From contig CAVXRD010000002.1 in NCBI GenBank assembly GCA_963764165.1, positions 2,048,001-2,112,000 on the forward strand: a DNA stretch of 64,000 nucleotides, written 5' to 3'. Under the pieces are notes generated by a model, which ran no database searches, was not told the DNA's origin, and worked only from the letters and a program-made list of their open reading frames with translations. The stretch comes from an uncultured Verrucomicrobiae bacterium. Lineage in GTDB: Bacteria; Verrucomicrobiota; Verrucomicrobiia; Limisphaerales; Palsa-1400. The number at the start of each line of letters is the position of its first letter. The first letter of the stretch is position 1. Shown piece by piece: positions 51,208 through 60,848 of the stretch. A program made the translations under genes and the position numbers.

Positions 51208-51318
51208 TCATCTCTTCTGACAAACCAAAACGCTTTTCGTTATTCTTGCCCTGCATGTGTGATGATGTGGTTAGAACCCATCTCGTAAATAGGGGCGAGT
51301 TCTAACCCTTTTCTGCTT

Positions 51319-52005
51319 TTACCCGGCTTCCCCTATCTTCCCGGAAAGCATTTCCCGAATCCAACCGCTCTTGGCGCAATCCACTACCGATTTTCCTCGT
51401 CCGTCCTGCAGCGCCGGGCTTAGTCCAAGCGTCAGAAATCTTTGGATGATTTCGCGTTGCGCGGCTGCGGCTTGTTTAGAGCCGCTTCCGCCGCGTCCCG
51501 TATTTTGCACCGCCAAGTGAAAGGGAGTTGAGCCGGGTTTGTTGCGGAGCATCGGATTGCTGCCGCTGTCGAGAAGAGACTTCACAGCCGCGGCGCACCG
51601 CGTCCGGACGGCGCGGTGCAAGGGAGTGGCGCCGTTTTTGTCAGGAGCGTTAATCTCCGCCCCAGCGTCCAGCAAGCATTGGATCGTCTCCACCTGCCTC
51701 TGCGCATTCCAGTCCGGCCCGTTAATGGAGCCATCGGCCGCGTAGTGCAACGGGCCGCTTTGGCGATGGTTCTTGTTCGAGTTTGGGTCGGCACCTGCTG
51801 CCAGCAATAATCGAACAAGTTCGACGCGATGCCCGGCGGCAGCCAAATGCAGCGCGGTATCTCCACAGTAAATCCAATGCACAATTTTCGATTCGTAAAG
51901 CCGCGCCTCGCCGACAAGCTGCGTCGCGAGACCGGAATCCGCTTTCAGCAATTCAGCGGCTCTCTTCCGATCGTCATCAAGGATGGCTGTAAGAATTGCT
52001 TCCAT
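51319..52005 (-). CDS. Ankyrin-repeat protein
   Basis: GDTALHLAA, GATPLHRAV and GSTPFHLAV repeats. Confidence 0.9.
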   Translation of the reverse strand: MEAILTAILDDDRKRAAELLKADSGLATQLVGEARLYESKIVHWIYCGDTALHLAAAGHRVELVRLLLAAGADPNSNKNHRQSGPLHYAADGSINGPDWNAQRQVETIQCLLDAGAEINAPDKNGATPLHRAVRTRCAAAVKSLLDSGSNPMLRNKPGSTPFHLAVQNTGRGGSGSKQAAAAQREIIQRFLTLGLSPALQDGRGKSVVDCAKSGWIREMLSGKIGEAG

Positions 52006-52050
52006 AGGCACAGTTTCGTCGGCCCCATAATAACACAATATAATCTCCAA

Positions 52051-52146
52051 AAACCCGCTACACCCGCTACATCGTTGATTATCAACCAGATAACCCGCTA
52101 CAAACCCGCTACAAACCCGCTACAAACCCGCTACAAACCCGCTACA
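52051..52146. repeat. Iteron-like array: seven ACCCGCTAC units around the palindrome GTTGATTATCAAC
   Basis: Two units, then the palindrome at 52074-52086, then five units at exact 11-bp spacing. Confidence 0.9.
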
Positions 52147-52197
52147 TTTGTTCAGGCTGGAGCCAATTGAATGAAAGACGGTGCTTTCCATGGCATC

Positions 52198-52457
52198 AAG
52201 GCTTTCATCGCGGGAAGCGTTGGCAAATGGTTCATTCCAAAAAACCAAGGGTGCAATAAGGTGCAATAGCGTGCAACGCCCAGATCACGATTTATTCAGT
52301 TGCCCTTCCTGACAGCCCGTTAAAAAACAACTGCTCCCCTGGCGCGGGAATCCGCAAAAATATCAAAGAACACGCCCTGATGGCGACAGGGAGAAAAATA
52401 AGGCCGAGAATAATATTTGTCAATTAAGGATGTAATTGCACGCTTATGTGGTATTGC
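52198..52457 (-). repeat. Dispersed non-coding repeat, copy 2
   Basis: Colinear homology with 21883-22215. Confidence 0.85.
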
Positions 52458-52582
52458 GGGACATGACAAACGAAACATCGATTGTTCAGGCGGGATCGGA
52501 AGCAAAACATCGACGGGGATGCGGAGCCAGGAGCCTTGCGGGCGGATGGTTGAGGAACCAATAATATTGGGGCGGCGACGCA

Positions 52583-54265
52583 GAGACTGTCTCAAAACGT
52601 TTTAGTCTGGCCGATCTGGTTATATGGGCACCAATAGGGGCTGTGGAAACGGGTGTCAACTTTTAGTTGTCAGAGCGTGGCTGGCGTCAGCGATGACGCC
52701 AAGCTTCCCTTTCCCTCCTTTTTTAGGCCGCCATCGCCAAATTTCCTTCAACCGCGGCGGTTTTGACTTCCATTTTCGGCGTCTGGACCCGGGCCTGCCA
52801 CTTTTTATAGAGGATTCGCAGGTTCAAGGTGGCGCATAACAAGGCCCATTGGGCTTGCACGGCTTCCAGACCCCAAACTGTCCAACGCCGAAAGCCGTCG
52901 TGTTGCTTGAGCTGCCCAAACCGGCGTTCGATGATCTCTTTGCGCTTTCCATAAAGCGCGGCGGGTCCTGGCTCTTGCAGCCGGGCCCGCATGGCTTGCA
53001 CCAGCGTGGTGTGCGGCCACACTTCGACTTGCCGCCCTTTGGGATCGCGGCTGCAGAGGGCGCGCACGGGACAGTCTCGGTGATGGCAGCGGAAGCGCTC
53101 AACGGTCTGGCCTTTCTTGGTGGTCTGGCCTTCGTGGTCCAGAAGGCGCTCTTGCGGGCAGGTGACGGTGTGGGCCGCCTCGTCATAATGAAAATGCTGC
53201 GTCGCGTAGGCGTTGTCGTGGGCTGGCTTGCCCTCCGCCGGCGGGGCCAGCACATTCATCTGCTGTTCCACGGCCGCTTTCAAGTCGGCCCCGCCCCCAT
53301 AGCCGGCGTCGGCGGCGGTGAGGGTTGGAATGGCCGCCGGACCGAGGTTTTGCCTCGCTTCTTCAATCATGGGGACCAGCTGGCCGGCGTCGGTTTCCTG
53401 GCGGGTGGCTTGACAGGCGACCATGATGCCCTCCTGGCTGTCGGCCACCGCCTGGGCGTTGTAGGCAAAGCGGTTGGTGTCGCCGACTTTCATCCGGCGC
53501 GCCTCCGGTTCGGCTGGATGGTAATGGTGGCGCCCGTCGGCCTGCAGCTGGGCCAGGCCTTTTTTGATTTCCTCGCGCAGGGCCTGGCGCTGGGCCAACC
53601 CGGCGGGCAGCCGGCAGCCCGGTGCGCTGGAATCCTGGTTCTCCGCCACGACTTTGAGCTCGATTTCCTCCAAGGCGCCATCCAGCTGGGCCAGGAGCTT
53701 CTCCATGTAAACCTTGCTCCAGCCCTGCGGCCCGCTGCAGGCGGCTTGAATCTTGGTGCCGTCCAACGCTTGCAAGGCAAATCCCACCGCCCCGGTGCGG
53801 AGGGCCAGCTGCACGGTTTGCTTGAAAACCTGGCGCAGGGCCTTTTTGTTTCCGTCCCAGAACCGCCAGAGGCTGTTGTGGTCGGGGGCGTTGAGCCCCG
53901 TCAGCCACAGCAGCGAGACATGCTCCGTGCAGGCGGTTTCCAGCTTGCGGGTGGAGCGAATGCGGTGGAAATAACCGTAAAGCCAAATCTTGAGCAGGAG
54001 GCTGGGGGCATAGGGCGGACGGCCTTCGGCGGCGGCGGGAATGACAAACCCAAGCTGGGGCAGATCCAACTGGTCGACAAATTCGCGCAGGAAGCGGGCG
54101 GGATGGTCGGCGGACACCCAGTCCTCCAGGGCGGGCGGGAGGAGGAACTGCTGTCCGTAATCAGGGGCAATCGGTTGAGCCATATTTGTTGAACGGCATT
54201 GTCAACTAAAGGCTCACATATTGTCAAATACATTCCTCAAAAAACAGAAGTTTTGAGACAATCTC
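52583..54265 (-). mobile_element. IS1182-family insertion sequence, copy 2 (1,683 bp, target duplication CGCA)
   Basis: Terminal inverted repeats GAGACTGTCTCAAAAC / GTTTTGAGACAATCTC; inserted in GGGCGGCGA[CGCA]GCGCCGCCCTAC. Confidence 0.93.
52723..54183 (-). CDS. IS1182-family transposase (same protein as 37009-38469)
   Basis: Identical translation in the ORF track. Confidence 0.95.
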   Translation of the reverse strand: MAQPIAPDYGQQFLLPPALEDWVSADHPARFLREFVDQLDLPQLGFVIPAAAEGRPPYAPSLLLKIWLYGYFHRIRSTRKLETACTEHVSLLWLTGLNAPDHNSLWRFWDGNKKALRQVFKQTVQLALRTGAVGFALQALDGTKIQAACSGPQGWSKVYMEKLLAQLDGALEEIELKVVAENQDSSAPGCRLPAGLAQRQALREEIKKGLAQLQADGRHHYHPAEPEARRMKVGDTNRFAYNAQAVADSQEGIMVACQATRQETDAGQLVPMIEEARQNLGPAAIPTLTAADAGYGGGADLKAAVEQQMNVLAPPAEGKPAHDNAYATQHFHYDEAAHTVTCPQERLLDHEGQTTKKGQTVERFRCHHRDCPVRALCSRDPKGRQVEVWPHTTLVQAMRARLQEPGPAALYGKRKEIIERRFGQLKQHDGFRRWTVWGLEAVQAQWALLCATLNLRILYKKWQARVQTPKMEVKTAAVEGNLAMAA

Positions 54266-54405
54266 CGCAGCGCCGCCCTACTTCAATTTGGCAGGGCGGA
54301 CCTGCGTGTCCGCCCCAATATTCTCCCACTATCAATCTCGCGCCCCGCCGGTGGAAATGCGTTTTGGCGTTTGAGAAACGCCTCAATCAAGGCCAATGTG
54401 ATCGA

Positions 54406-54645
54406 GTGAAAATGATAAGCGGACATTATTGATGGCAAGGTTGTCGTCCTGGACGAACCAACGACTATGAAAGCCAACACGAAGGTCAAGATCGTCACCC
54501 CTACGGGGGACGATTCCTCCGCTTTAGCCGCTGATTGTGCCATTTTGTCGGAGCCCGTATTCGAAAAATATGGGACAACCCTCTCGATGCCGACTACGAC
54601 ACAATATAATTGCGGCGCCATTTGCGTCGTGCGGCCTGCATCCTT
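54406..54645 (+). pseudogene. Decayed toxin-antitoxin pair: frameshifted antitoxin plus truncated start of a PemK/MazF-like toxin
   Basis: Across frames reads VKMISGHY/DGKVVVLDEP...LSEPVFEK/IWDNPLDADYD; overlapping ATG at 54587 gives MPTTTQYNCGAICVV. Confidence 0.55.
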
Positions 54646-54647
54646 GC

Positions 54648-56355
54648 AGTGCTATTTCGGAAAACTCTTCATTTTTGGCAAAGTTTTAGGCGGCGAGTTT
54701 GGTCAATTTGTCCACGTCCGCTTTGCGGGCGGTCAAGAGCGCAGTAATGGTGGTGCGCCCTTTCTCGGTGACAACATAGCGGTGGGTGCCGCTGACTTTG
54801 GCGATCAAGCCATGCGCTCGCAGGAGCCGCAGTCGGCGTCCAATCCAGCCCATTCTGCGTTTGAGTTCGCGGTCATCGCACCGGCTGGGAAAATAGGCCT
54901 GCCGAATGTCTCGACTGCGAAAGCCGTTGAGGGCGTACTCTCCCTGGCTGACCATTTCCAAAAGGCGTCCGTCCTCCGGGGCCCAAGGATTGAGGGCGCG
55001 GTAGCGCCGCCCCGCCTGCCGCAGGGGCTTGCAGCATTTTTCAACCCATTGGAACAGCGGCACCGTTCCGCTGACGGATCCCAACGCCTGCAAATAACGT
55101 TCATTGGCCCGGTGAGAGATTTCTTTGCGCCGTTTCAGGTCGGCCAGCCCCCGGCGCAATGTCAGCCAGCGTTTGGCCTCCTTGGGCCGGCCTTCCGGTT
55201 TGCGATAAACTTTAAATTCCTCCGGGTGCGTCACCGTCGTTTCGATCCGCAAAACCGAGCCCTGCTTGTCGTAAAATTTGATCGAGTTGCCGTTAAGACT
55301 GTGCTTGACCCGCACGCCCTCCGGCCGCCGTTTGGTGTCGCTGGTGATTTCGCCCTCAAACTGGCCGTACACCCTGCCCGTGCTGATGGGAACGTATCGG
55401 CCCAAAAACCTCATCACGTCCGCGCTGGAAAAGGAACTGATGGCATGGTGAACCAGGCTGGGATAAAGCCGGGCCAGGCTCTCGGGCTCCTTGAAAATGA
55501 CATCGGTGGCATATTCGGTGTCCGAAGCGCTCCAATAGTATTTGAGGTTCAGCGGCTGGCAAATCGACCGGTGCAGGGGATGAACCTCATTGAGCAGCCG
55601 GCCCAGCTCCTTGGGCCAGTCAGTTTGCAGTTGCTGGTCCAGCAGGCCTTGAGCGCGCCCCATATCGGCCACCCGCAAAAAGGTGTTCTCCTTCTTTTGA
55701 TAGGCAATGCCTGCCTGATCCAACTGCTTTCCCAGCCAATGCCGGCCATTGAGGCAGATATTAATCTGGAAGGGAAACCAGGTTTGCAGGCGCAGGTGCA
55801 TGAAGCCAAACTTGGAATGCTCGAAATAGAAATAAAGATGGCTGCACTTGCGCTGCTGAACCTTCACCTCAATGTGTTTGGTTTGGGGGTTTCCGACGAC
55901 TTGAAAGGACATGCAGGGTTCCGTGCAATTGAGAATGGCGATCAGTCCCTCGGTGATTTTATCGCGGGCGGCAATCTTGCGCGCCACCTCCTCCTTGCTG
56001 GTTTGGCTGGAGGGGACGAAAAGAAAAGGCCGCCCGGCTGTTTGTGCCAGGGCCCTGGCTTTGTCTTTGACCGCTTTGGTGGTCCGTTCGACCAACTGGC
56101 TGAAATCCTTGATCAGAATGTGGCAGGCGTTCAAGTAGGCCTCCATCACCTGGGGGCCGTACAACTGGCGCAGCGTCCCGCGCAATCGCAGGCGATCAAA
56201 GCCCGAAAGAACTCCTAGAATTGAGGAAGCATGTTTGTGTACAAAAGAGTTGGAAGCGCCGTCATGGGTAAGCGGTTTGTTTTGCATACATCCAATCTTA
56301 CCCAGACCGGACGGCGCTTTCCTCTTATTTTTGGTTGCGGCTTTGCCGCGCTGTG
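54648..56355 (-). mobile_element. Candidate rolling-circle-type mobile element lacking inverted repeats (ends approximate)
   Basis: Single large ORF with short flanks; GGTTGCGGC-TTT-GCCGCGCTGTG hairpin at one end; lies beside a truncated gene. Confidence 0.5.
54686..56287 (-). CDS. Transposase-like protein with Rep_trans-like motifs and C-terminal winged helix
   Basis: TEYATDVIF and IKFYDK..SVLRIETT motifs; C-terminal LRLLRAHGLIAKV.GTHRY.VT.KG resembles a winged helix. Confidence 0.7.
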   Translation of the reverse strand: MQNKPLTHDGASNSFVHKHASSILGVLSGFDRLRLRGTLRQLYGPQVMEAYLNACHILIKDFSQLVERTTKAVKDKARALAQTAGRPFLFVPSSQTSKEEVARKIAARDKITEGLIAILNCTEPCMSFQVVGNPQTKHIEVKVQQRKCSHLYFYFEHSKFGFMHLRLQTWFPFQINICLNGRHWLGKQLDQAGIAYQKKENTFLRVADMGRAQGLLDQQLQTDWPKELGRLLNEVHPLHRSICQPLNLKYYWSASDTEYATDVIFKEPESLARLYPSLVHHAISSFSSADVMRFLGRYVPISTGRVYGQFEGEITSDTKRRPEGVRVKHSLNGNSIKFYDKQGSVLRIETTVTHPEEFKVYRKPEGRPKEAKRWLTLRRGLADLKRRKEISHRANERYLQALGSVSGTVPLFQWVEKCCKPLRQAGRRYRALNPWAPEDGRLLEMVSQGEYALNGFRSRDIRQAYFPSRCDDRELKRRMGWIGRRLRLLRAHGLIAKVSGTHRYVVTEKGRTTITALLTARKADVDKLTKLAA

Positions 56356-56669
56356 CCTCTGCGCCTCCGCGCCCTTGCGTTAAAATGCCCCTGCGGCGGT
56401 GACCGAAAACGAAAACAGAACGGGACATGAACGCCAAGACGCCGAGGCCCAAAGGCGTAAAGATTTTGCCGATTCGTTCACATTCCTCGTCTTGTCCATG
56501 GCGAACAATGTGTGATTACCTTGGTTTGACACTTTCTGTTCTCCGGTGCGCAGTTGTGTTTGCTTTCATTGTTGTTGGGGGACAATTGTTGATTTTGCGA
56601 CTTTATGTCGTCATCGGTAAATAGGATTAATGGTGTTGGTTGTAAATCTTTCGAAATGGGCAAAGCTTT

Positions 56670-58016
56670 CTACGCTCTCGAAAGCGCCGCATCCAAAACA
56701 TCCAATAGAAATTGCGCGTCGGCTTGATTGATAATCATTGGTGGGGCCATGCGGATGGTTTGGCCCCACAAACCGCCTTTGCCTAGCAGCAATCCAAGGT
56801 CGCGGCAGGTTTCGACGACTTGGGCGCATTCGGCTTTGGCGGGTTCCTTGGTCGCGCGGTCTTTGACCAATTCCATTCCCAGCAGCAGGCCTTTGCCGCG
56901 GACATCGCCGATGATGTTGTGCTTGGCTTTTAGCTTTTCCATACCCGCCAAGATGAAGCTGCCGATGTATTGCGAATTGGCCTGCAAGTTCTCGCGTTCG
57001 ATGACTTCCAGGACGGCTTTGCCCTGGGCGGAGACGACGGGGTTGCCGCCGAAGGTGTTAAAGTGGATGCGCTGCGTCAGGGTCGCGGCGATTTGCGGGG
57101 TGGTGACGACCGCCGCCAAGGGGCAGCCGTTGCCGATGCCTTTGGCCATCGTGACGATGTCGGGGATGACGCCCTGCGTCTCAAATCCCCAGAAATGCGA
57201 GCCGGTGCGGCCGAAACCGGCCTGCACTTCGTCCGCGATGCACACGCCGCCCGCGGCGCGGACGTGCTCGTAGGCGTGCTTCAAATAACCGTCGGGAAAC
57301 ACGATGCAGCCGCCGACGCCCTGGATCGATTCCGCGATGAATCCAGCCACGCGACCGGAAGTGGCGTAGTCAATAACACTTTTCACATCCGCCGCGTAAT
57401 TTTTCCCGGCCTCGGGATCGTTGCGGCCCCAATGGCCGCGAAACGGATCGGGCGCGATGGCGTGATGCACGCCGAAGCTGTGCGGCACGTTGAACTTCCA
57501 GGTGCTGTGGGCCGTCAGGCCCATCGCGGATTGATTGCCGCCGTGGTAACAATTGCGGAGCGCGACGAGATCGTAATTTCCTGTGTAAGCGCGCGCCATC
57601 AGGATGGCCAAATCGGTCGCTTCGGAACCGGAATTCACGAAGTAGCAAATCTTCAGATCGCCCGGCATTTTCGAGGCGAGCTTGGCGGCGTATTCGCCGA
57701 CGTTGGGATTGAGATAAATCGTGGTGGAATGCTGGAGAAGCTCGTTCTGTTTGCGCGCCGCTTCGACCACATGCGGGTGGCAATGGCCGACGCTCACCGT
57801 GACGATGCCGCCCAGCCCATCCAGATATCGCCGCCCTTTTTCATCGAAGAGATACTGCCCTTTGCCTTCGACGAGCATCATTGGCTTTTTGTAATAGAGG
57901 AAAAGGCCGGGATTGAGAAATTCGCGGCGCAGTTTCAAAACTTCATCCGCGGACGGGCCGGTGTAGGGCTTCGGCTGGTAGTCGAACTTGGGCAGAACTG
58001 GATTATTCATAGTCAC
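56670..58016 (-). CDS. Class III PLP aminotransferase (AGXT2/beta-alanine transaminase-like)
   Basis: NSGSEA, IADEVQAGFGRTG and MAKGIGNG motifs. Confidence 0.92.
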   Translation of the reverse strand: MTMNNPVLPKFDYQPKPYTGPSADEVLKLRREFLNPGLFLYYKKPMMLVEGKGQYLFDEKGRRYLDGLGGIVTVSVGHCHPHVVEAARKQNELLQHSTTIYLNPNVGEYAAKLASKMPGDLKICYFVNSGSEATDLAILMARAYTGNYDLVALRNCYHGGNQSAMGLTAHSTWKFNVPHSFGVHHAIAPDPFRGHWGRNDPEAGKNYAADVKSVIDYATSGRVAGFIAESIQGVGGCIVFPDGYLKHAYEHVRAAGGVCIADEVQAGFGRTGSHFWGFETQGVIPDIVTMAKGIGNGCPLAAVVTTPQIAATLTQRIHFNTFGGNPVVSAQGKAVLEVIERENLQANSQYIGSFILAGMEKLKAKHNIIGDVRGKGLLLGMELVKDRATKEPAKAECAQVVETCRDLGLLLGKGGLWGQTIRMAPPMIINQADAQFLLDVLDAALSRA

Positions 58017-59497
58017 TATTTAATTTTCAGCAGGCGCGCCAGGAGATACACCACGAATGCCACGGCAAAGCCCACAAACCAAGCGTAATTATAGATCGAC
58101 ATGAAGATTGGCGCGACTTTTTCCGGTGCGATCACGTGAATGGTCGCAAGGAAACCGGGAATGTTTGGCAGAACCGCCAGCGTCAGCGCCGCCAATCCCG
58201 CCAGGCTGAACCCGCCCGATTGATGATATTCGCCATCCGGTTGGTAAAGAGCCGCCACGTCCAGCGTCCGATGGCGATAAACGAAATAGTCCGCGATCAA
58301 AATTCCGCCAATCGGCCCCAGCAGCGCGCTGTAGCCAATCAGCCAGGTGAAAATGTAACCGGTCGGGTCCGCCACCAGCCGCCACGGCATCATCACAATG
58401 CCGATGATTCCCGTGATAAAGCCCGCCATGCGAAACGAAATTCTCTTTGGCGCGAGATGGGCAAAATCGTTGGCCGGGCTGACGACGTTTGCCGCAATGT
58501 TCGTTGCCAGGGTCGCGATGCATAGCGAGAGCATCGCCAGGACCAGCACGGCGGGATTTTTGAAGCGCGTCAAAACATCCGTCGGATCCCAAATGGCTTT
58601 GCCGTAAATAATTGTCGTCGCGGAGGTCACGGCCACGCCGATGAATGAATAAAGCGCCATCGTTGGCGGCAGCCCGACCGCCTGGCCGATGATTTGGTCC
58701 TTTTGCGATTTGGCGTAGCGCGAGAAATCTGGGATGTTCAGGGAAAGCGTCGCCCAAAATCCGATCATTCCGGTCAGTGCGGCTGGAAAATAACTCCAGA
58801 ATTTTCCGGCCTTGGGCTGGCCCGGCTCGAAGGCGGACGGCTGCGACAGGATTGGTCCCAGCCCGTGCGCTTCTTTGCACGCCCAAGCCAGCAGGGCGAG
58901 CCCAAGCGCAATGAGCAGCGGGGCCTTGATGTTCAGCAGCACGCGAATCGAATCGATGCCCTTGTAAATAACAAACATATTGACAGACCAGAACGCCATG
59001 AAGCAGAGAAATTGCGGCAGCGTGACTCCCAGCCACGCCGCGTGCGGCCCGCCCAGCGCTGGGAAAAAGACGGCGAGAATTTTGTGGATGGCCTCGCCGC
59101 CAATCCACGTTTGAATGCCGAACCACCCGCACGCCACCAGCGCGCGCAGCATCGCTGGGACATTGGCGCCGAGCGGCCCGAACGACGGGCGGCAATAAAC
59201 AGGGAACGGGATGCCGTATTTTGTCCCCGCGTGGGCGTTGAGTATCATCGGAATGAGCACGATGAGATTGGCGAGAAAGATCGTCAGCACCGCCTCCCAC
59301 CAATTCATCCCGCCGTCGATCAGCGATGATGCAATCATGTAAGTGGGAATGCATGCCGACATGGAAATCCATAGCGCGGCGAAGTTCCACCAGCGCCATT
59401 TGCGCTGTTCGGGCCGTGTGGGGGCGAGATCGTCGTTGAAAAGCGGGCTGCTGGCCAGCGATTCACGTTGTCCGTCAGTGAGCAAGGTGGCACTCAT
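58016..59497 (-). CDS. NCS1 nucleobase:cation symporter
   Basis: N.DLAP, G.KYGIPFPV, GWFGIQ, WATLSLNIPDF and NIAANVVSP motifs. Confidence 0.93.
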   Translation of the reverse strand: MSATLLTDGQRESLASSPLFNDDLAPTRPEQRKWRWWNFAALWISMSACIPTYMIASSLIDGGMNWWEAVLTIFLANLIVLIPMILNAHAGTKYGIPFPVYCRPSFGPLGANVPAMLRALVACGWFGIQTWIGGEAIHKILAVFFPALGGPHAAWLGVTLPQFLCFMAFWSVNMFVIYKGIDSIRVLLNIKAPLLIALGLALLAWACKEAHGLGPILSQPSAFEPGQPKAGKFWSYFPAALTGMIGFWATLSLNIPDFSRYAKSQKDQIIGQAVGLPPTMALYSFIGVAVTSATTIIYGKAIWDPTDVLTRFKNPAVLVLAMLSLCIATLATNIAANVVSPANDFAHLAPKRISFRMAGFITGIIGIVMMPWRLVADPTGYIFTWLIGYSALLGPIGGILIADYFVYRHRTLDVAALYQPDGEYHQSGGFSLAGLAALTLAVLPNIPGFLATIHVIAPEKVAPIFMSIYNYAWFVGFAVAFVVYLLARLLKIK

Positions 59498-59604
59498 CCG
59501 GCGCGAGAGCGTAACGGACACGGCCTGTGGTTTACAATAGGAAACGCAGGAAGAGACGCCTCGCGGGTGTGATTAGAAGTGGGTGATGCGCACACGCGTT
59601 TAAA

Positions 59605-59705
59605 GGAACGCGGCTGTGTCGAAGACCAGCCGCTGCAACGTGGAACTGACCGGCGCGCACGGCGCTGCGACGCGCTGCGGCTGGTCTTCGACACTGCCGC
59701 GCTCC
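59605..59705. repeat. Palindromic intergenic repeat
   Basis: GCGGCTGTGTCGAAGACCAGCCGC ... GCGGCTGGTCTTCGACACTGCCGC. Confidence 0.8.
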
Positions 59706-59717
59706 GCGTGCTCTCGA

Positions 59718-60848
59718 TCATCGACACCCGGCATCGCGCATCACGCGCAAAATATTTTCTCCCGCCACCTTCTTCAAATCGCCGTCGCTGTAACCGCGCG
59801 TTTGCAATTCTTCCAGCAGCGCGGGGAAACACGAAACGTCTTCAAGTCCCAATGGCGGCGGATTCTTGAATCCGTCGAAATCCGAGCCGATTCCAACGTG
59901 ATCCATTCCCATCACCTCGCGCATGTGGTCGATGTGATCCGCCACGTCTTTCAACGTGGGCCGCGGAAATTCCGGCTGCGCCCGCTGCCATTCGGCCAGC
60001 GCGGCGGATTGGCGCGCAGTGTCGCCAGGATAAAGTTTCGCCAAGCGTGATTCCTCCGCGCCTGTCGCTTCGCCCGCGAGGCGCGCTGATTCGGTTACAT
60101 ACTCCGGCAGAAAAACCGCCATCACGATGCCGCCGCTTTTGGCGATGCCTTTGAGCAACTCATCCGGCACGTTGCGCGGATGGTTGCAAATCGCGCGAGC
60201 GCCGGAGTGCGAACAAATCACCGGCGACGCGCTCACGCGCAGCGCGGCCGCGACGGTTTCGTCGGACGTGTGCGAGAGATCGACCATCATGCCGAGGCGG
60301 TTCATCTCCTTCACCACTTGCTCGCCGAATGCGGTCAGGCCGTGATGCGCTGGCTTGTCGGTGCTGGCGTCCGCCCACTCGTTATTCTTGACGTGCGTCA
60401 GCGTCATATAGCGCGCTCCCAGCGCGTGGCAAATCCGCAGCACTCCCAGCGATGCGCCAATTCCATGCCCGCCTTCCATTCCGATGAGCGAGGCCAGTTT
60501 CCCTTTCGCGTGAATTCGCAGGACGTCGTCCGCACTCAGCGCGAGTTCCGTTTCATTGGAATGGCGCGCAACGAATTGACGAATGCAATCCATCTGCTCC
60601 ATCAACACTGCCACCGCTGGCGGGCCTGAAAGAGTGAACGGAACATAGGCGGCCCAAAATTGCGCGCCGACGCCTCCGATTTTCAGCCGCTTCAAATCCG
60701 TGGCCAGCGGCGGTGAAAATCGCGTGGTGTCCGCCGCCCAATCCATCGCGTCAAATCCCTCTTTTGACAGCTTGCGAAATTGGTAGGGCAGATCGTTGTG
60801 GCCGTCGACCAGCGGCACGGATTTGAGAATGGCGCCGATGGCGCTCAT
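59718..60848 (-). CDS. Membrane dipeptidase (M19)
   Basis: DGHNDL, MEGGH, DLSH, SHS and GSDFDG motifs. Confidence 0.93.
   Translation of the reverse strand: MSAIGAILKSVPLVDGHNDLPYQFRKLSKEGFDAMDWAADTTRFSPPLATDLKRLKIGGVGAQFWAAYVPFTLSGPPAVAVLMEQMDCIRQFVARHSNETELALSADDVLRIHAKGKLASLIGMEGGHGIGASLGVLRICHALGARYMTLTHVKNNEWADASTDKPAHHGLTAFGEQVVKEMNRLGMMVDLSHTSDETVAAALRVSASPVICSHSGARAICNHPRNVPDELLKGIAKSGGIVMAVFLPEYVTESARLAGEATGAEESRLAKLYPGDTARQSAALAEWQRAQPEFPRPTLKDVADHIDHMREVMGMDHVGIGSDFDGFKNPPPLGLEDVSCFPALLEELQTRGYSDGDLKKVAGENILRVMRDAGCR

Noticed and set aside
52051..52146. Possible CRISPR array
   Set aside because: Units are 9-11 bp in tandem with no unique spacers, and no cas genes are nearby.
36927..54265. 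Composite transposon that imported the enclosed 14 kb
   Set aside because: Each IS has its own target duplication and the enclosed genes are housekeeping.
54467..56218. 583-aa plus-strand ORF
   Set aside because: Antisense shadow of the transposase-like gene; only its first codons belong to the decayed toxin-antitoxin relic.
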